Shown here one piece after another: positions 1 through 10,018 of a DNA stretch of 64,000 nucleotides. A model generated the notes under the pieces. It was not told where the DNA came from, ran no database searches, and worked only from the letters and a program-made list of their open reading frames with translations. The translations under genes and the position numbers were made by a program. The DNA comes from an uncultured bacterium (GTDB lineage Bacteria; Bacillota_I; Bacilli_A; RFN20; CAG-826). The stretch spans positions 31,228-95,227 of the forward strand of contig CASFSS010000006.1 of the NCBI GenBank assembly GCA_949297445.1. Reading direction: 5' to 3'. The number at the start of each line of letters is the position of its first letter. The first letter of the stretch is position 1.

Positions 1-80
1 TCGTAACGGAAACAGGAAAGGCCACCCAAGCAATCTTAGGAATAATAACTCCTTATGATGTTGTTAATCTTGACGATTAA
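1..80 (+). CDS. 3' end of a CDS that starts before the window (product unknown; C-terminus ...AILGIITPYDVVNLDD resembles the end of a CBS-type domain)
   Basis: Open frame from position 3 to TAA at 78-80. Only 25 codons are visible, so the product call is weak. Confidence 0.35.
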   Translation, partial: VTETGKATQAILGIITPYDVVNLDD

Positions 81-140
81 TGCTTGTTTTTTTTGTAATG
101 TTTATATATAATTTATATAGATAAATTTTGTGAGGTAACT

Positions 141-737
141 ATGACTAATAATACTCAATCAACTACTTCTAATGTAGAAGAAAAACTCCCATTAAGCATG
201 CGATTAAAAATCTTTGTTAAGAAGTTTCGCAATTATCGTTTGCTTTCTCTATCGATGGCTATTCTTGGAGTGCTAGCTGTTATTGCTGGTGTTCTTTCTT
301 TAACTTTTTTTGGTATCGAAGAAGAATCTGTCAAAAATTTGCAATTCAATGAATTGGAAAATCAATTCTTAGGAATGTTTGTGTTTTTTGTGTCACTTCT
401 ATTAATTGTTGTTGGCATTGTCGTTACATATTATTCCTATAGTTTTATATTTACGCGCGAGAAGAAAACGATAACAAGAACAGCTTTAATTTCTTTGGCG
501 GTTACTATTGGTCTTCTCTTTTTTACCATTTTTACCGATCTTTCATATATGTTGCAATTTAACAATTGGGTGGATGCCAATTATACTCCAGTCGCTACTG
601 CTGGTTTTGTTACTCTATTTATCTTTATGGCTCTTTTAGGATTAGTTGCTGTTCCGTTTGTCGTTTATGGACTTAAACACTTTAACTTATTATACTTGCC
701 ACCTCGCAAAGAAAAAGTTAAGCCTCATAAAGAATAA
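141..737 (+). CDS. hypothetical multi-pass membrane protein
   Basis: 198-aa ORF with a GAGGT ribosome-binding site just upstream of the ATG. Several long hydrophobic segments, followed by a strong terminator. No family recognised. Confidence 0.75.
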   Translation: MTNNTQSTTSNVEEKLPLSMRLKIFVKKFRNYRLLSLSMAILGVLAVIAGVLSLTFFGIEEESVKNLQFNELENQFLGMFVFFVSLLLIVVGIVVTYYSYSFIFTREKKTITRTALISLAVTIGLLFFTIFTDLSYMLQFNNWVDANYTPVATAGFVTLFIFMALLGLVAVPFVVYGLKHFNLLYLPPRKEKVKPHKE

Positions 738-767
738 TTGTTTTTTTATTCTAATTAAATATTATCT

Positions 768-800
768 AAACTCTTCAGATATTCTGAGGAGTTTTTATTT
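768..800 (+). terminator. intrinsic terminator after the 141..737 gene
   Basis: 12-bp stem AAACTCTTCAGA / TCTGAGGAGTTT with a 3-nt loop, followed by TTATTTTT. Confidence 0.8.
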
Positions 801-974
801 TTAGTGTATCTCAATAAACGCCAGTGGTGTAGCAATCTACACATCTCCAACACATAGTGAATTAAGATATAGCAAGCGCCTATCGTTAGGTTTTGAGACG
901 TAATATCGTGCGATATTAATGTTTCTAAAAACCTACCATATATTCTATTTTCCTAGTTTTATATTACAAGTAAT

Positions 975-998
975 AAAAAAGCCGAATACATCGGCTTT
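975..998 (-). terminator. intrinsic terminator after the 1027..1506 (-) gene
   Basis: On the minus strand, AAAGCCGA-TGTAT-TCGGCTTT followed by TTTATTA. It lies about 30 nt past the stop codon. Confidence 0.75.
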
Positions 999-1026
999 AT
1001 AGTTTTTCAAATATTTGTCGCTTTAT

Positions 1027-1506
1027 TTATTGTTGTTCTTTGTCAAGAACGCCAAGAACTGTTTTGAAAACGTTCAAGGAACCAGCCACTAATACCAAAA
1101 TAGCCATTGCAACAAGCCCGCCACCTAAACCGATATCGGTTTGTGGAGAACCAGCGACAAAGAAATATGGCACAAAGAATAATAAGACGCCAGTGGCAAG
1201 GAGCATGACGCTTAAAACTCCATCAACAATTGGACGCTTTTTGAAGGGAACGCAAACGACAATCGCGAGTAATGAAGATAAACATAATAGGAAGAAAGTC
1301 ACTTGATTCATAACTGCACCATATGTTTCGGTATATTGATTGCTTAATGCTAGGTATTGCCAGGTAATAGCGTAATAGTTACCAATTTGTTTAGCGCTCA
1401 CGTCCCAAGCCGGATAATAAGCGGCAGGTAAAGCGCCAAGACCAAAGGCAACGCCGAGCAAAATAATTACAGAAATTGAGATTATTAGGGCTAAGATTTT
1501 TTTCAT
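1027..1506 (-). CDS. hypothetical membrane protein (about 4 TM segments)
   Basis: 159-aa ORF that is hydrophobic throughout, with N-terminal MKKILALIISISVIILLG. A ribosome-binding-site-like AGGAG lies upstream on the minus strand. No family recognised. Confidence 0.7.
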   Translation of the reverse strand: MKKILALIISISVIILLGVAFGLGALPAAYYPAWDVSAKQIGNYYAITWQYLALSNQYTETYGAVMNQVTFFLLCLSSLLAIVVCVPFKKRPIVDGVLSVMLLATGVLLFFVPYFFVAGSPQTDIGLGGGLVAMAILVLVAGSLNVFKTVLGVLDKEQQ

Positions 1507-1636
1507 TGTAGGTAGTTGACTCCTTTCATAGAGACAATTCGCTTATAAATAATATTACTAACACAAAAGAATTACAAGAATAAAATCTTTCGCGCGCACA
1601 GATTAGGGGTAAAAATGGCAAATAGTTTATTTGTTC

Positions 1637-1665
1637 TTGCAAAATAATTTAAAATTATTTATAGT
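1637..1665 (+). promoter_or_regulatory. candidate sigma-A promoter of the rimP-nusA-infB operon
   Basis: TTGCAA (1637-1642), a 17-nt spacer, then TATAGT (1660-1665). This predicts a leader of about 65 nt before the rimP ATG. Confidence 0.5.
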
Positions 1666-1693
1666 AAATACGCTCGTAAGAGCAACTCTATTT

Positions 1694-1724
1694 AAGAGTG
1701 GCCGTCGGACCACTCTTTGTTTTA
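1694..1724 (+). terminator. intrinsic terminator hairpin inside the rimP-nusA leader (candidate attenuator)
   Basis: AAGAGTGG-CCGTCGGA-CCACTCTT followed by TGTTTT. It ends 12 nt before the GGGGG ribosome-binding site and ATG of rimP. The upstream gene is divergent, so this does not terminate a preceding gene. Confidence 0.65.
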
Positions 1725-1736
1725 AGGGGGAAATTC

Positions 1737-2198
1737 ATGTTTGATAAAGATGCGTTAGGCGATTTATTAAGGCCGGTCATCGAAAAAGAGGGTTATCGTT
1801 TAGACCATATCTCATATAAGATGGAAAACGGCAATCGCATATTGCGAGTTGTGATTGATGCAGATCATCCTATTTCTTTGCAAGATATTGTCAGTGTCAA
1901 TGAAAAAGTATCGCCACTTGTTGATGAACTTGATTGGCTAGATGATAGTTATTATCTTGATGTTTGTTCCCTCGGCGTGGAAAAGCCAATTAATTTGGAT
2001 ACTTTAGAAAAATATGTTGACCAATACGTTTCCTTCCATCTTTCCACTCCTCATGATGGCGATAATTATGTTCAAGGAACGTTGAAATCAGTAAGTGAGG
2101 ATACTGTGGTGGTTGAAACTCAAGTTAAAGCAAACAAAAAGAATGTTAGTGTTAAAAGACGCCAAATCGACCGTGGGCGTTTAGCAATAAAATTTTAA
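1737..2198 (+). CDS. rimP: ribosome maturation factor RimP
   Basis: Conserved position directly upstream of nusA, with RimP-like size and sequence. I chose the ATG at 1737 (GGGGG ribosome-binding site 6 nt upstream) over the ORF-track GTG at 1698, which lies inside the leader hairpin. Confidence 0.85.
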   Translation: MFDKDALGDLLRPVIEKEGYRLDHISYKMENGNRILRVVIDADHPISLQDIVSVNEKVSPLVDELDWLDDSYYLDVCSLGVEKPINLDTLEKYVDQYVSFHLSTPHDGDNYVQGTLKSVSEDTVVVETQVKANKKNVSVKRRQIDRGRLAIKF

Positions 2199-2215
2199 AG
2201 CGAGGTAAAAGAAAA

Positions 2216-3889
2216 ATGTCGAACCAATTTGATGCAAAATTATTTGTCGAAGCAATTGATGCAATTGCCAAAGAAAAGGGCGTATCACAAGAGGCAGTTG
2301 TTAATGCTTTACGCGATGCTTTTTCAAAAGCATATGCGCGTTTAATCGGCATTGAAGAAGATAAAGTCAATGTCAATATTAGCGTTGATCCTGCCAATAT
2401 TGAAATCTTTGTCTATAAAGATGTCATTGCCGATGATGAAGATGATGAAACAGCATATGATATACCATTAAGCAAAGCCAAAAAGATTAATCCAAAATTG
2501 AAAGTTGGCGACAAGTGCCGTGTCGATGTTCAATTGAGTGATTTGACCAAAATGACCGCAATGGTTATCAAATCTGTTTTAAAGCAAAAGATTGCGGATG
2601 CCGAAAAAGTAGCATTATTTAACGACCACAAAGATAAAATTGGTGAAATGATTACCGGCGAAGTCGAAAAGTGTGAAGAACGTGGTTGCTTAGTCAATAT
2701 CGGTCGAACTTCTGTTTATTTGACACGTCGCGATATGATTGGCGATGAGCATTATCAACCACGCGACAATATACGCGTCTATATCGCCGATGTTTCCAAT
2801 TCAGAAAAAGGTCCTCAAATTAAAATTTCACGTAGTGACCCTGGATTTATTCGTCGCCTTTTTGAAGAAGAAGTACACGATATTTATGATGGGACTGTCA
2901 TCATCAAAAATGTCGCTCGTGAGGCTGGCATTCGTTCGAAGATTGCCGTCTATTCTAATGACCCGAATGTCGATCCTATCGGTTCATGCATTGGCATTAA
3001 CGGCTCCTGCATCCAAAAGATAACCGCCCAATTAGGAAATAGTCGTGAGAAAGAAAAAATTGATGTTATTTTATATTCTTCTAATCCGGCGCTATTCATC
3101 ATCGATGCTTTGCGTCCAGCAACCGTCACCAACATATATGTCAATGTCGATGAACACAAAGCAGTTGCAATCGTTCCTGATGGTCAATTGTCTTTAGCCA
3201 TTGGCCGAAAAGGTGCTAACGCTCGAGTTGCGTGCAAGTTAACTGGCTATAACATTGATATTAAAGAAGAAAAGGAATTACAAAATCTTATTGATGAAGG
3301 TTATACCTTCTTAACGCCTGATGAAGTGCGTAAAGAAGATAGTGCCCGTCTTAAAAAAGAAATGTATGATCGCTATCTTGCGACCATTAAAGCAAAGCAA
3401 AATAGCGAAAATTTGAGTAACAATGTTGATAATGTTGCGATTGAAAAGAGCAAACCTATCAATATAACTGATGATTTGATTGCTGAACCTCAAAAAGCAG
3501 AAGAAAAGCCGACCGAAGTTGAGGAAACTACTGCCAGTGTCAATGAGGAAGTTAAGGTTAAAAAGGTTGAGGAATCGGTTGAAACTCCGAAAGCGAGTAA
3601 AGAAGTCAAAACAACCACAACGCTTGAATCACTCGAAAAGGAACTCGAAGAAGAAAAGAAACAAGAGCAATTTAAAGCAATTAAAAAAGAATCGCGTCGT
3701 CCACGAAAAATCACCGACGAAGAATTGCCGCACGAAGAGGTCAAAATTGATCCTCTTAAAAATTCCATGCCAATTTATACCGATGAGGAGTTAGAGGAAT
3801 TAGAAGCTCTCGAAGAGGAAGATGATAGCATCTATGATGACGATTATGACTTCGATGACTTTGATTCTTATTACGACGACGATAAATAA
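2216..3889 (+). CDS. nusA: transcription termination/antitermination factor NusA with a long charged C-terminal extension
   Basis: N-terminal domain, an S1-like segment (GEVEKCEERGCLVNIGRTSVYL) and KH motifs (IGINGSCIQ, IGRKGANARVACKLTG). GAGGT ribosome-binding site. The last ~190 aa are a K/E-rich then D/Y-rich tail. Confidence 0.95.
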   Translation: MSNQFDAKLFVEAIDAIAKEKGVSQEAVVNALRDAFSKAYARLIGIEEDKVNVNISVDPANIEIFVYKDVIADDEDDETAYDIPLSKAKKINPKLKVGDKCRVDVQLSDLTKMTAMVIKSVLKQKIADAEKVALFNDHKDKIGEMITGEVEKCEERGCLVNIGRTSVYLTRRDMIGDEHYQPRDNIRVYIADVSNSEKGPQIKISRSDPGFIRRLFEEEVHDIYDGTVIIKNVAREAGIRSKIAVYSNDPNVDPIGSCIGINGSCIQKITAQLGNSREKEKIDVILYSSNPALFIIDALRPATVTNIYVNVDEHKAVAIVPDGQLSLAIGRKGANARVACKLTGYNIDIKEEKELQNLIDEGYTFLTPDEVRKEDSARLKKEMYDRYLATIKAKQNSENLSNNVDNVAIEKSKPINITDDLIAEPQKAEEKPTEVEETTASVNEEVKVKKVEESVETPKASKEVKTTTTLESLEKELEEEKKQEQFKAIKKESRRPRKITDEELPHEEVKIDPLKNSMPIYTDEELEELEALEEEDDSIYDDDYDFDDFDSYYDDDK

Positions 3890-3900
3890 GGAGAATAGCC

Positions 3901-4167
3901 TTGAAAAAAATTCCGCTCAGAAGAGATTTAACTAGTGGTGAGATGTTGCCTAAAGAGGAACTCTTGCGCATTGTTTTAACTCCCTCGGGTGAAATATTGA
4001 TTGATGAAAGCGGCAAAATGAACGGTCGTGGCGCCTACTTAAAGCGCGACTATCAAGCGCTTCCTATCATCAAGAAAAAGCGCCTACTTGATAAGGCATT
4101 GAAATGTTCAATAAGTGATGAATTCTATCTTATGATAGAAGAATATCTAAAAAAGGAGGTAAAGTAA
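3901..4167 (+). CDS. ylxR: YlxR/RnpM family RNA-binding protein (DUF448)
   Basis: 88 aa with a TTG start. The GRGAYL motif and the position between nusA and infB are typical of ylxR. Confidence 0.85.
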   Translation: MKKIPLRRDLTSGEMLPKEELLRIVLTPSGEILIDESGKMNGRGAYLKRDYQALPIIKKKRLLDKALKCSISDEFYLMIEEYLKKEVK

Positions 4168-5991
4168 ATGGCAAAAAACGATAATCGACGGGCGAATATA
4201 CCGACTGGTAATGTGAACCAAAAGCGCGGTCAATCGCAAATTAGCAACGGTACATTTGTCTATTCAAAAAATATGTCGATTGCTGAATTAAGTAAGCAAT
4301 TGAATGTTCCTGTCAGCGAAATTACAAAATTCCTCTTTTTAAATGGGAAAATGTTTACAATTAACCAATTGCTTGACGATGAAAATATCGGACTTATTTG
4401 TTTACAATTTGGTTATGATTTCCGTAAGGAAAAAATTGTCGACGAAGAAAATTTCGAAGATTTAGAAATCGTCGACAAAAAAGAAGATTTAAAACCGCGT
4501 CCTCCAGTCGTTACAATTATGGGCCACGTTGACCATGGCAAAACTACTTTAATCGACGCGATTCGAAATTCTAATCTTGTCGCTAGCGAGGTCGGGGGCA
4601 TTTCCCAGGCCATTGGCGCCTATCAAAAGGAAATTAATGGACAAAAAATAACCTTTATTGATACGCCCGGCCACGAAGCCTTTACCGCCATGCGTTCACG
4701 CGGCGCTTCTGTAACCGATATTGTCGTTTTAGTCGTCGCTGCCGATGATGGCGTCATGCCGCAAACGGTGGAGGCTATCGATCACGCCAAAGCAGCCAAA
4801 GTTCCTATTATTGTTGCAATAAATAAAATTGATAAAGAAGGTGCCAATATCGATAAAATTAAAAATGAATTGGCCAAATTTGATATTATCTCGGAAGAGT
4901 GGGGCGGCTCAAATATCTTTGTCAATATTTCCGCTAAAAAGAATATCGGCATTGACCGCTTGCTCGATGCGATTTTATTAGTCGCTGAGATGCTTGAATT
5001 AAAAGCTAATCCAAATCGCTATGCAATTGGTACGGTCATCGAAGCAAAACTTGATAAAGGCGAAGGACCAAAAGCGACTTTATTAGTGCAAAATGGTACC
5101 TTGACTTTCCAAGACTATGTTGTGGTTGGTACGGCTTATGGAAAAATACGTCGTATGACCAACGAATTCCAAAAAATAATTAAAAGCGCTACTCCTTCTA
5201 CTCCGGTTGCGGTAATCGGTTTAAGCGAAGTTCCTAATGCTGGCGATCACTTTATGGCTTTTCCTACGGAGAAGCAGGCAAGAGAGATTGCTTTAAAACG
5301 TAAGTTAACGAAAATTGCTGAAGAGCGAGCCTCTTCTAGTGGTGCTAGTTTAGACGATTTATATAATCGTATCCATGAAGGGGAAATTCAGGATTTAAAC
5401 ATTATCTTAAAAACCGATACAACTGGTTCGGCAGAAGCGATAAAGGCTTCCTTAGAAAAATTGTCTAACGATCAAATCCATATCAATGTCATTCATACAA
5501 GTGCCGGCGTTATCACTGAAAGTGACATTATGCTTGCCAGCGCCTCAAAGGCAATTATTTATGGCTTTAATGTTCGCCCAAGTGCCCAAATTAAAGCTAA
5601 AGCTGATTTAGAAAAAATCGAAATTCGTTTGCATCGCATAATTTACGATTTAATCGAGGAAATGCAAGATGCGATGAAAGGCATGCTCAAGAAAGAAGAA
5701 GTTGAAGTAACAACCGGTCAAGCCGAAGTTCGCACCTTGATTAAAATTTCACGCGTTGGCACGGTGGCTGGTTCTTATGTTACTAGTGGTATTATTAAAA
5801 TGGGTGAAAAAGTCCGTATCATTCGTGACGGAATTATTGTTTACGATGGTAAAATTGCTTCTTTAAAGCGTTATAAAGACGATGTAAAAGAAGTCAAAGA
5901 AGGCTTTGAATGTGGCATTACCATTGAAAATTTCAATGATATTAAGGAATTAGATATTATTGAAGGATATGAAATGAAGGTTAAAGAATAG
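4168..5991 (+). CDS. infB: translation initiation factor IF-2
   Basis: G-domain motifs [18 protein letters not shown] and NKIDK. AGGAGG ribosome-binding site. Confidence 0.97.
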   Translation: MAKNDNRRANIPTGNVNQKRGQSQISNGTFVYSKNMSIAELSKQLNVPVSEITKFLFLNGKMFTINQLLDDENIGLICLQFGYDFRKEKIVDEENFEDLEIVDKKEDLKPRPPVVTIMGHVDHGKTTLIDAIRNSNLVASEVGGISQAIGAYQKEINGQKITFIDTPGHEAFTAMRSRGASVTDIVVLVVAADDGVMPQTVEAIDHAKAAKVPIIVAINKIDKEGANIDKIKNELAKFDIISEEWGGSNIFVNISAKKNIGIDRLLDAILLVAEMLELKANPNRYAIGTVIEAKLDKGEGPKATLLVQNGTLTFQDYVVVGTAYGKIRRMTNEFQKIIKSATPSTPVAVIGLSEVPNAGDHFMAFPTEKQAREIALKRKLTKIAEERASSSGASLDDLYNRIHEGEIQDLNIILKTDTTGSAEAIKASLEKLSNDQIHINVIHTSAGVITESDIMLASASKAIIYGFNVRPSAQIKAKADLEKIEIRLHRIIYDLIEEMQDAMKGMLKKEEVEVTTGQAEVRTLIKISRVGTVAGSYVTSGIIKMGEKVRIIRDGIIVYDGKIASLKRYKDDVKEVKEGFECGITIENFNDIKELDIIEGYEMKVKE

Positions 5992-6357
5992 ATGGATCGA
6001 CTTTTGCGAGTACAAAGCATTATTAGTAAAAATGTTTCGGAAATTATTCAATTTGAATTAAAAAACCCAAACATTGGTTTTTGTACTGTCAATGAAGTAT
6101 TATTGACAAGAGACTTTCAAATCGCCACGATTTATGTCACCTTTTTAGGGGCAAAAAACCCCGAACAAAATCTCAAAGAATTGATTAAATGCGTCGGTTA
6201 TATTCGTCATTCTTTAAGCGGTAAAATGGACACTCGAAAAGTTCCTACTTTACGTTTTGTTTTAGACCGCACAAGGGAAAATCAAGAACATTTAGATGAG
6301 CTGCTTGCAAAAGAAGAAGCTCAATTAGAAAAGCTTAAAAATAGTAAAAAAGATTAG
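5992..6357 (+). CDS. rbfA: ribosome-binding factor A
   Basis: 121 aa, immediately after infB, with RbfA-like sequence (IATIYVTF..., VPTLRFVLD). Confidence 0.9.
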   Translation: MDRLLRVQSIISKNVSEIIQFELKNPNIGFCTVNEVLLTRDFQIATIYVTFLGAKNPEQNLKELIKCVGYIRHSLSGKMDTRKVPTLRFVLDRTRENQEHLDELLAKEEAQLEKLKNSKKD

Positions 6358-6363
6358 TCTCGT

Positions 6364-7383
6364 TTAGTTTGATTTATTAGTTATTAAAGCGGTATATACC
6401 GCTTTTTTTATCTTTGAGTAGCCTCGTTTAACATGTAGAAGAAAGATTGTGCGATTTTTACCTAGCGTTTGAAAAATTATGACCCCAACCGGTTTATTTT
6501 GTGAGTAAATCAATGTGTGCTTTTTATTTATATCTTCCATTAACGATGAATCGTATTTATTCTTCAAAATACTCATTTCAAGACGTGCTTGTTTTGGCGT
6601 GGTAACCGGCATCAAGTAAATATCTTCATTACCGACTTTTTCTTTGACTAAATTATCCCATAAATCACGATGCACATCATCGAGTAACATATGGCAAAAA
6701 TTTAATTTAGCAATAGGAAAATCAATATAGACTTGATGAAGATATTCTTTCATCTTTTCACGCATCGTTTGTTTATCGTTAGGACAGATGTTTGTTGCGG
6801 TGGGGATTTTTTCTTCATTGACTAAAGAAATTATTTGATGCTCTTTAACGAAAATGAATGGTCTAATAAAATCGATGTCGTCTTTATCTAAGTGCATGTA
6901 TGGTGAAAAGGTGGCGATGCGTCCACCGAAAATCATGTTCATTAAAAGGGTTTCCAAAGCATCGTCCAAATGGTGAGCAAAGGCAACTTTTTTAGCGCCG
7001 ACACTATGCGCGTATTCGTCGATGATTGATTTGCGCATTTTTGCGCATATTGAGCAAGGTAAAAGCCCTTTTTCATCCTTATGAAGCGACAATATTTTGT
7101 AAATTTCTTTCTTATCTAAAATGGTCAAATGATAGCCGATGTTTTTTATGTAGTTAGCTATTTTACTATAATCGGTTTCCTTAAAACCCATATCAATTAA
7201 AACGGGGTAGAGGGTGAAATTCTTTTTTGAATATAAATTATATAAACTGAGAGCATAAAACATCGCTAGGGAATCTTTGCCGCCACTAATGCCAATTACG
7301 AGTTTGTCATTAGCATCAATTAATGAGAATTTTTCATCGGCTTCTTTAATTCTTGCTAAAATGCGTCTTATTGTTTTCATCAA
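6364..7383 (-). CDS. PP-loop ATP pyrophosphatase, TtcA-like tRNA thiolation enzyme
   Basis: SGGKDS PP-loop near the N-terminus and a CSIC cysteine pair. 339 aa. The exact tRNA modification cannot be assigned by eye. Confidence 0.7.
   Translation of the reverse strand: MMKTIRRILARIKEADEKFSLIDANDKLVIGISGGKDSLAMFYALSLYNLYSKKNFTLYPVLIDMGFKETDYSKIANYIKNIGYHLTILDKKEIYKILSLHKDEKGLLPCSICAKMRKSIIDEYAHSVGAKKVAFAHHLDDALETLLMNMIFGGRIATFSPYMHLDKDDIDFIRPFIFVKEHQIISLVNEEKIPTATNICPNDKQTMREKMKEYLHQVYIDFPIAKLNFCHMLLDDVHRDLWDNLVKEKVGNEDIYLMPVTTPKQARLEMSILKNKYDSSLMEDINKKHTLIYSQNKPVGVIIFQTLGKNRTIFLLHVKRGYSKIKKAVYTALITNKSN
6386..6409 (+). terminator. intrinsic terminator of the infB-rbfA transcript, embedded in the 3' end of the convergent CDS
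   Basis: AAAGCGGT-ATAT-ACCGCTTT followed by TTTTTA, 29 nt after the rbfA stop. Confidence 0.7.
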
Positions 7384-7409
7384 ATAGATTATAATAAGAA
7401 AATAGAAAA

Positions 7410-8273
7410 ATGGATATGCGTAGTGGTTATTTTTTTATAAATAAAGAACGGGGAATGACTTCTTTTGATGTCGACAAAATTTTAAAAAAGAAATTTAATT
7501 TATCAAAAATAGGTCACGTTGGAACGCTTGATCCTTTCGCGACTGGACTACAAATCATCATGGTCAACGAAGCGACAAAAACCCTATTCTTATTTGACGA
7601 ATGTAGTAAAACATATCGCGCCAAATTAAAATTATTTGTTGCTACTGATACGTTAGATAGTGATGGAAACATCATCGAAGTTGCCAATAAAAAAACCTTT
7701 AATAAAAAAGAAATCGCTGCAGTTTTAACTTCTTTTTTAGGAAAATCTGAACAAATCCCACCTGTTTTTAGCGCTATTAAAGTGAACGGTGTCCCTTCTT
7801 ATAAATTGGCTAGACAAGGAAAAAATCCAATTTTAAAAGCGAGAGAAATTGATATTAAGAATATTAAATTATTAAATTTTGAAGATGATGTAATTGAATT
7901 TCTTGTCACCGTTTCTAAAGGTACATACATAAGGTCTTTAGGCGTAGATATTGCTCATCGATTAGGAACAATTGGTCACTTATTTGAACTAGAGCGCGTG
8001 GCAATAGGTGAATTTAATTTGTCATATGCAAAAAATATTTTAGAAGTGATGGATAACGACTTAATAACAATTGAACAAATTGAATTAGGCATTCCAAAAA
8101 TCAATCTTGACGAAAAAATGTTTTTGCAAGTTAAAAATGGTCAGATGATTACGCTCGACTGTGATAGCAAATTTGTTGAGCTACTTTATAAAGATAAGAT
8201 AGTTGCAATTTATTACAAAAAAGACAATCATTTATATGCATCAAAAAGAGGCTTCCAATATGGAAATAATTAA
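7410..8273 (+). CDS. truB: tRNA pseudouridine(55) synthase TruB
   Basis: Catalytic HVGTLDPFATG motif, the GTYIRS motif, and synteny with ribF. Confidence 0.93.
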   Translation: MDMRSGYFFINKERGMTSFDVDKILKKKFNLSKIGHVGTLDPFATGLQIIMVNEATKTLFLFDECSKTYRAKLKLFVATDTLDSDGNIIEVANKKTFNKKEIAAVLTSFLGKSEQIPPVFSAIKVNGVPSYKLARQGKNPILKAREIDIKNIKLLNFEDDVIEFLVTVSKGTYIRSLGVDIAHRLGTIGHLFELERVAIGEFNLSYAKNILEVMDNDLITIEQIELGIPKINLDEKMFLQVKNGQMITLDCDSKFVELLYKDKIVAIYYKKDNHLYASKRGFQYGNN

Positions 8274-9171
8274 TATTGATTATCGTGCATTACCAACTTT
8301 ATTAACGGATATATCGCTTTGTCTAGGCTATTTTGATGGCATTCATAAGGGGCATGCATCGTTAATCAATTTTGCGCGAAAAACCGCCAAATATGCCCTA
8401 GGCATTTTAACTTTTTCCACGCCGATTAGCCGCTTTATAAATAACGGAAAGAGTTCGGAAGTATTGACATCGATTGATGATCGAAAACGCCTTTTATATA
8501 GTTATGATATTGACTACTTGCTAGTTTTGAACATTGATGAAAATTTTATGAATTTAAGTAGAGACGATTTTATTAACCAAGTGTTAATTCCTCTTAATGT
8601 TAAAGAAATTTTTGTTGGCGAAGATTACCGCTTTGGCAAAGACCAAGCCGGTGATGCTATTTATTTAACGCGGTATTTTAATACGCATATCATTTCGCTA
8701 TTAGAAGAGGATAATCGAAAAATTTCAACTAGAGAAATTATCAAACTTATAAGATGTGGCGATATAAAAAACGCTAATAAATTATTGGGTCATTCATACG
8801 AGGTTACCGGCAAGATTGTTCATGGTTTCAACCGCGGAAAAACAATTGGCTTCCCGACAGCGAATGTTGCTCTCTCTACCGATTATGTTTTACCGCGATT
8901 TGGTGTCTATAAAACACTTTGTTATTTACGTGGCATCCCACGCTTATCAATAACAAATGTCGGTGTTCACCCAACTGTTGGCGCGCTTGATAAACCAATT
9001 ATTGAAATATTTATAAAAGGAATTAATTTCGATATTTATGGTGAAACGGTTTATTTGGCATTTTTAGATTTTGTGCGCGATGAGAAAAAATTTTCAAATA
9101 TTGATGAATTAAAAGAACAAATAGAAAAAGATTTACAGTCGATTGAGGTAGCAAAATGCGAGAAATTGTGA
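8260..9171 (+). CDS. ribF: bifunctional riboflavin kinase / FAD synthetase
   Basis: FDGIHKGH adenylyltransferase motif and GFPTAN kinase motif. I chose the ATG at 8260 (AAGAGG upstream) over the track start at 8203, which lies deep inside truB. Confidence 0.92.
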   Translation: MEIINIDYRALPTLLTDISLCLGYFDGIHKGHASLINFARKTAKYALGILTFSTPISRFINNGKSSEVLTSIDDRKRLLYSYDIDYLLVLNIDENFMNLSRDDFINQVLIPLNVKEIFVGEDYRFGKDQAGDAIYLTRYFNTHIISLLEEDNRKISTREIIKLIRCGDIKNANKLLGHSYEVTGKIVHGFNRGKTIGFPTANVALSTDYVLPRFGVYKTLCYLRGIPRLSITNVGVHPTVGALDKPIIEIFIKGINFDIYGETVYLAFLDFVRDEKKFSNIDELKEQIEKDLQSIEVAKCEKL

Positions 9172-9899
9172 TGAAATTATTTTCAACTAACCTACAAAAA
9201 TATAAAACATTGCACATATATTTGCCGACTAAATATTCTATAAAAAATACATATCCCGTTATTTATATGCACGACGGTCAAAATCTAGTGCACAAAAGCC
9301 CTTATTCACAAGCATCTTGGCAAGTCGTGAAAACATTAAAAAGTCAAAAACGTGATTTAATTGTTGTCGGCATTGATTCTGATAAAGATCGCGAAAAAGA
9401 ATATTGTCCGTTCATTCCTTTTTACGCGCGAAAAAATGCAAAAAGCCGCGCTGATAAGTACGCGAAATTCATAGTTGAGGAACTTAAGCCTTTAATTGAT
9501 GCTCAATTCTCGACCAAAAAAGAATTTTTATCTTCTTATATGGCAGGTAGTTCCTATGGCGCATGCATAAGCGTTTACATTTCATTAATGTATCCAAGTG
9601 TCTTTTCAAAAATTGGTGTTTTTTCTTTGGCAAGTTTTCCTTTTCAAGATAATTTTGAACAGCTGATAAAGTCCGTTTCTTTTAATCCGAAAGCTTTTTA
9701 CTATGTAACAGTTGGTACCAACGAATGTAACAAGGATTTATCCAAGATTCACGGCAATTATTATTTAATGGCAAGTCGTACCTTTGTAAAAGAATTAGAG
9801 TTAAACAAAATACCCCATTATTATCAAGAATTCGATGGCGACTATCATAGCGAAAAGTGTTGGCGAGGACAATTTGTTAATTTTGCTAAATTATTTTAA
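9156..9899 (+). CDS. putative esterase (PF00756-like alpha/beta hydrolase)
   Basis: YMHDGQN motif and a GSSYG nucleophile elbow. GAGGTA ribosome-binding site 7 nt upstream. Confidence 0.75.
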   Translation: MREIVMKLFSTNLQKYKTLHIYLPTKYSIKNTYPVIYMHDGQNLVHKSPYSQASWQVVKTLKSQKRDLIVVGIDSDKDREKEYCPFIPFYARKNAKSRADKYAKFIVEELKPLIDAQFSTKKEFLSSYMAGSSYGACISVYISLMYPSVFSKIGVFSLASFPFQDNFEQLIKSVSFNPKAFYYVTVGTNECNKDLSKIHGNYYLMASRTFVKELELNKIPHYYQEFDGDYHSEKCWRGQFVNFAKLF

Positions 9900-9911
9900 T
9901 TTATTTTCTAA

Positions 9912-9940
9912 TTGCTTCTTATTTAATAAGGTTGTATACT
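9912..9940 (+). promoter_or_regulatory. candidate promoter of rpsO
   Basis: TTGCTT, a 17-nt spacer, then TATACT. It lies about 80 nt upstream of the rpsO ATG. Confidence 0.45.
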
Positions 9941-10018
9941 CAATTTGCGACTTTTTCTAAGTTTAGCGAATCTCCGACGCTATACCTGGATGAAGTTAAG
10001 AATTGAAAGGAGATTTAA

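Noticed and set aside
3480-3794. 104-aa (+) and 92-aa (-) ORFs inside the nusA tail
   Set aside because: They are artefacts of the GAA/AAG-rich low-complexity DNA encoding the charged NusA extension. Their K/R- or S-rich translations are not protein-like.
9941-10018. S15 autoregulatory mRNA structure in the rpsO leader
   Set aside because: The leader length is compatible, but I could not identify a convincing three-way junction or pseudoknot by eye, so I made no call.
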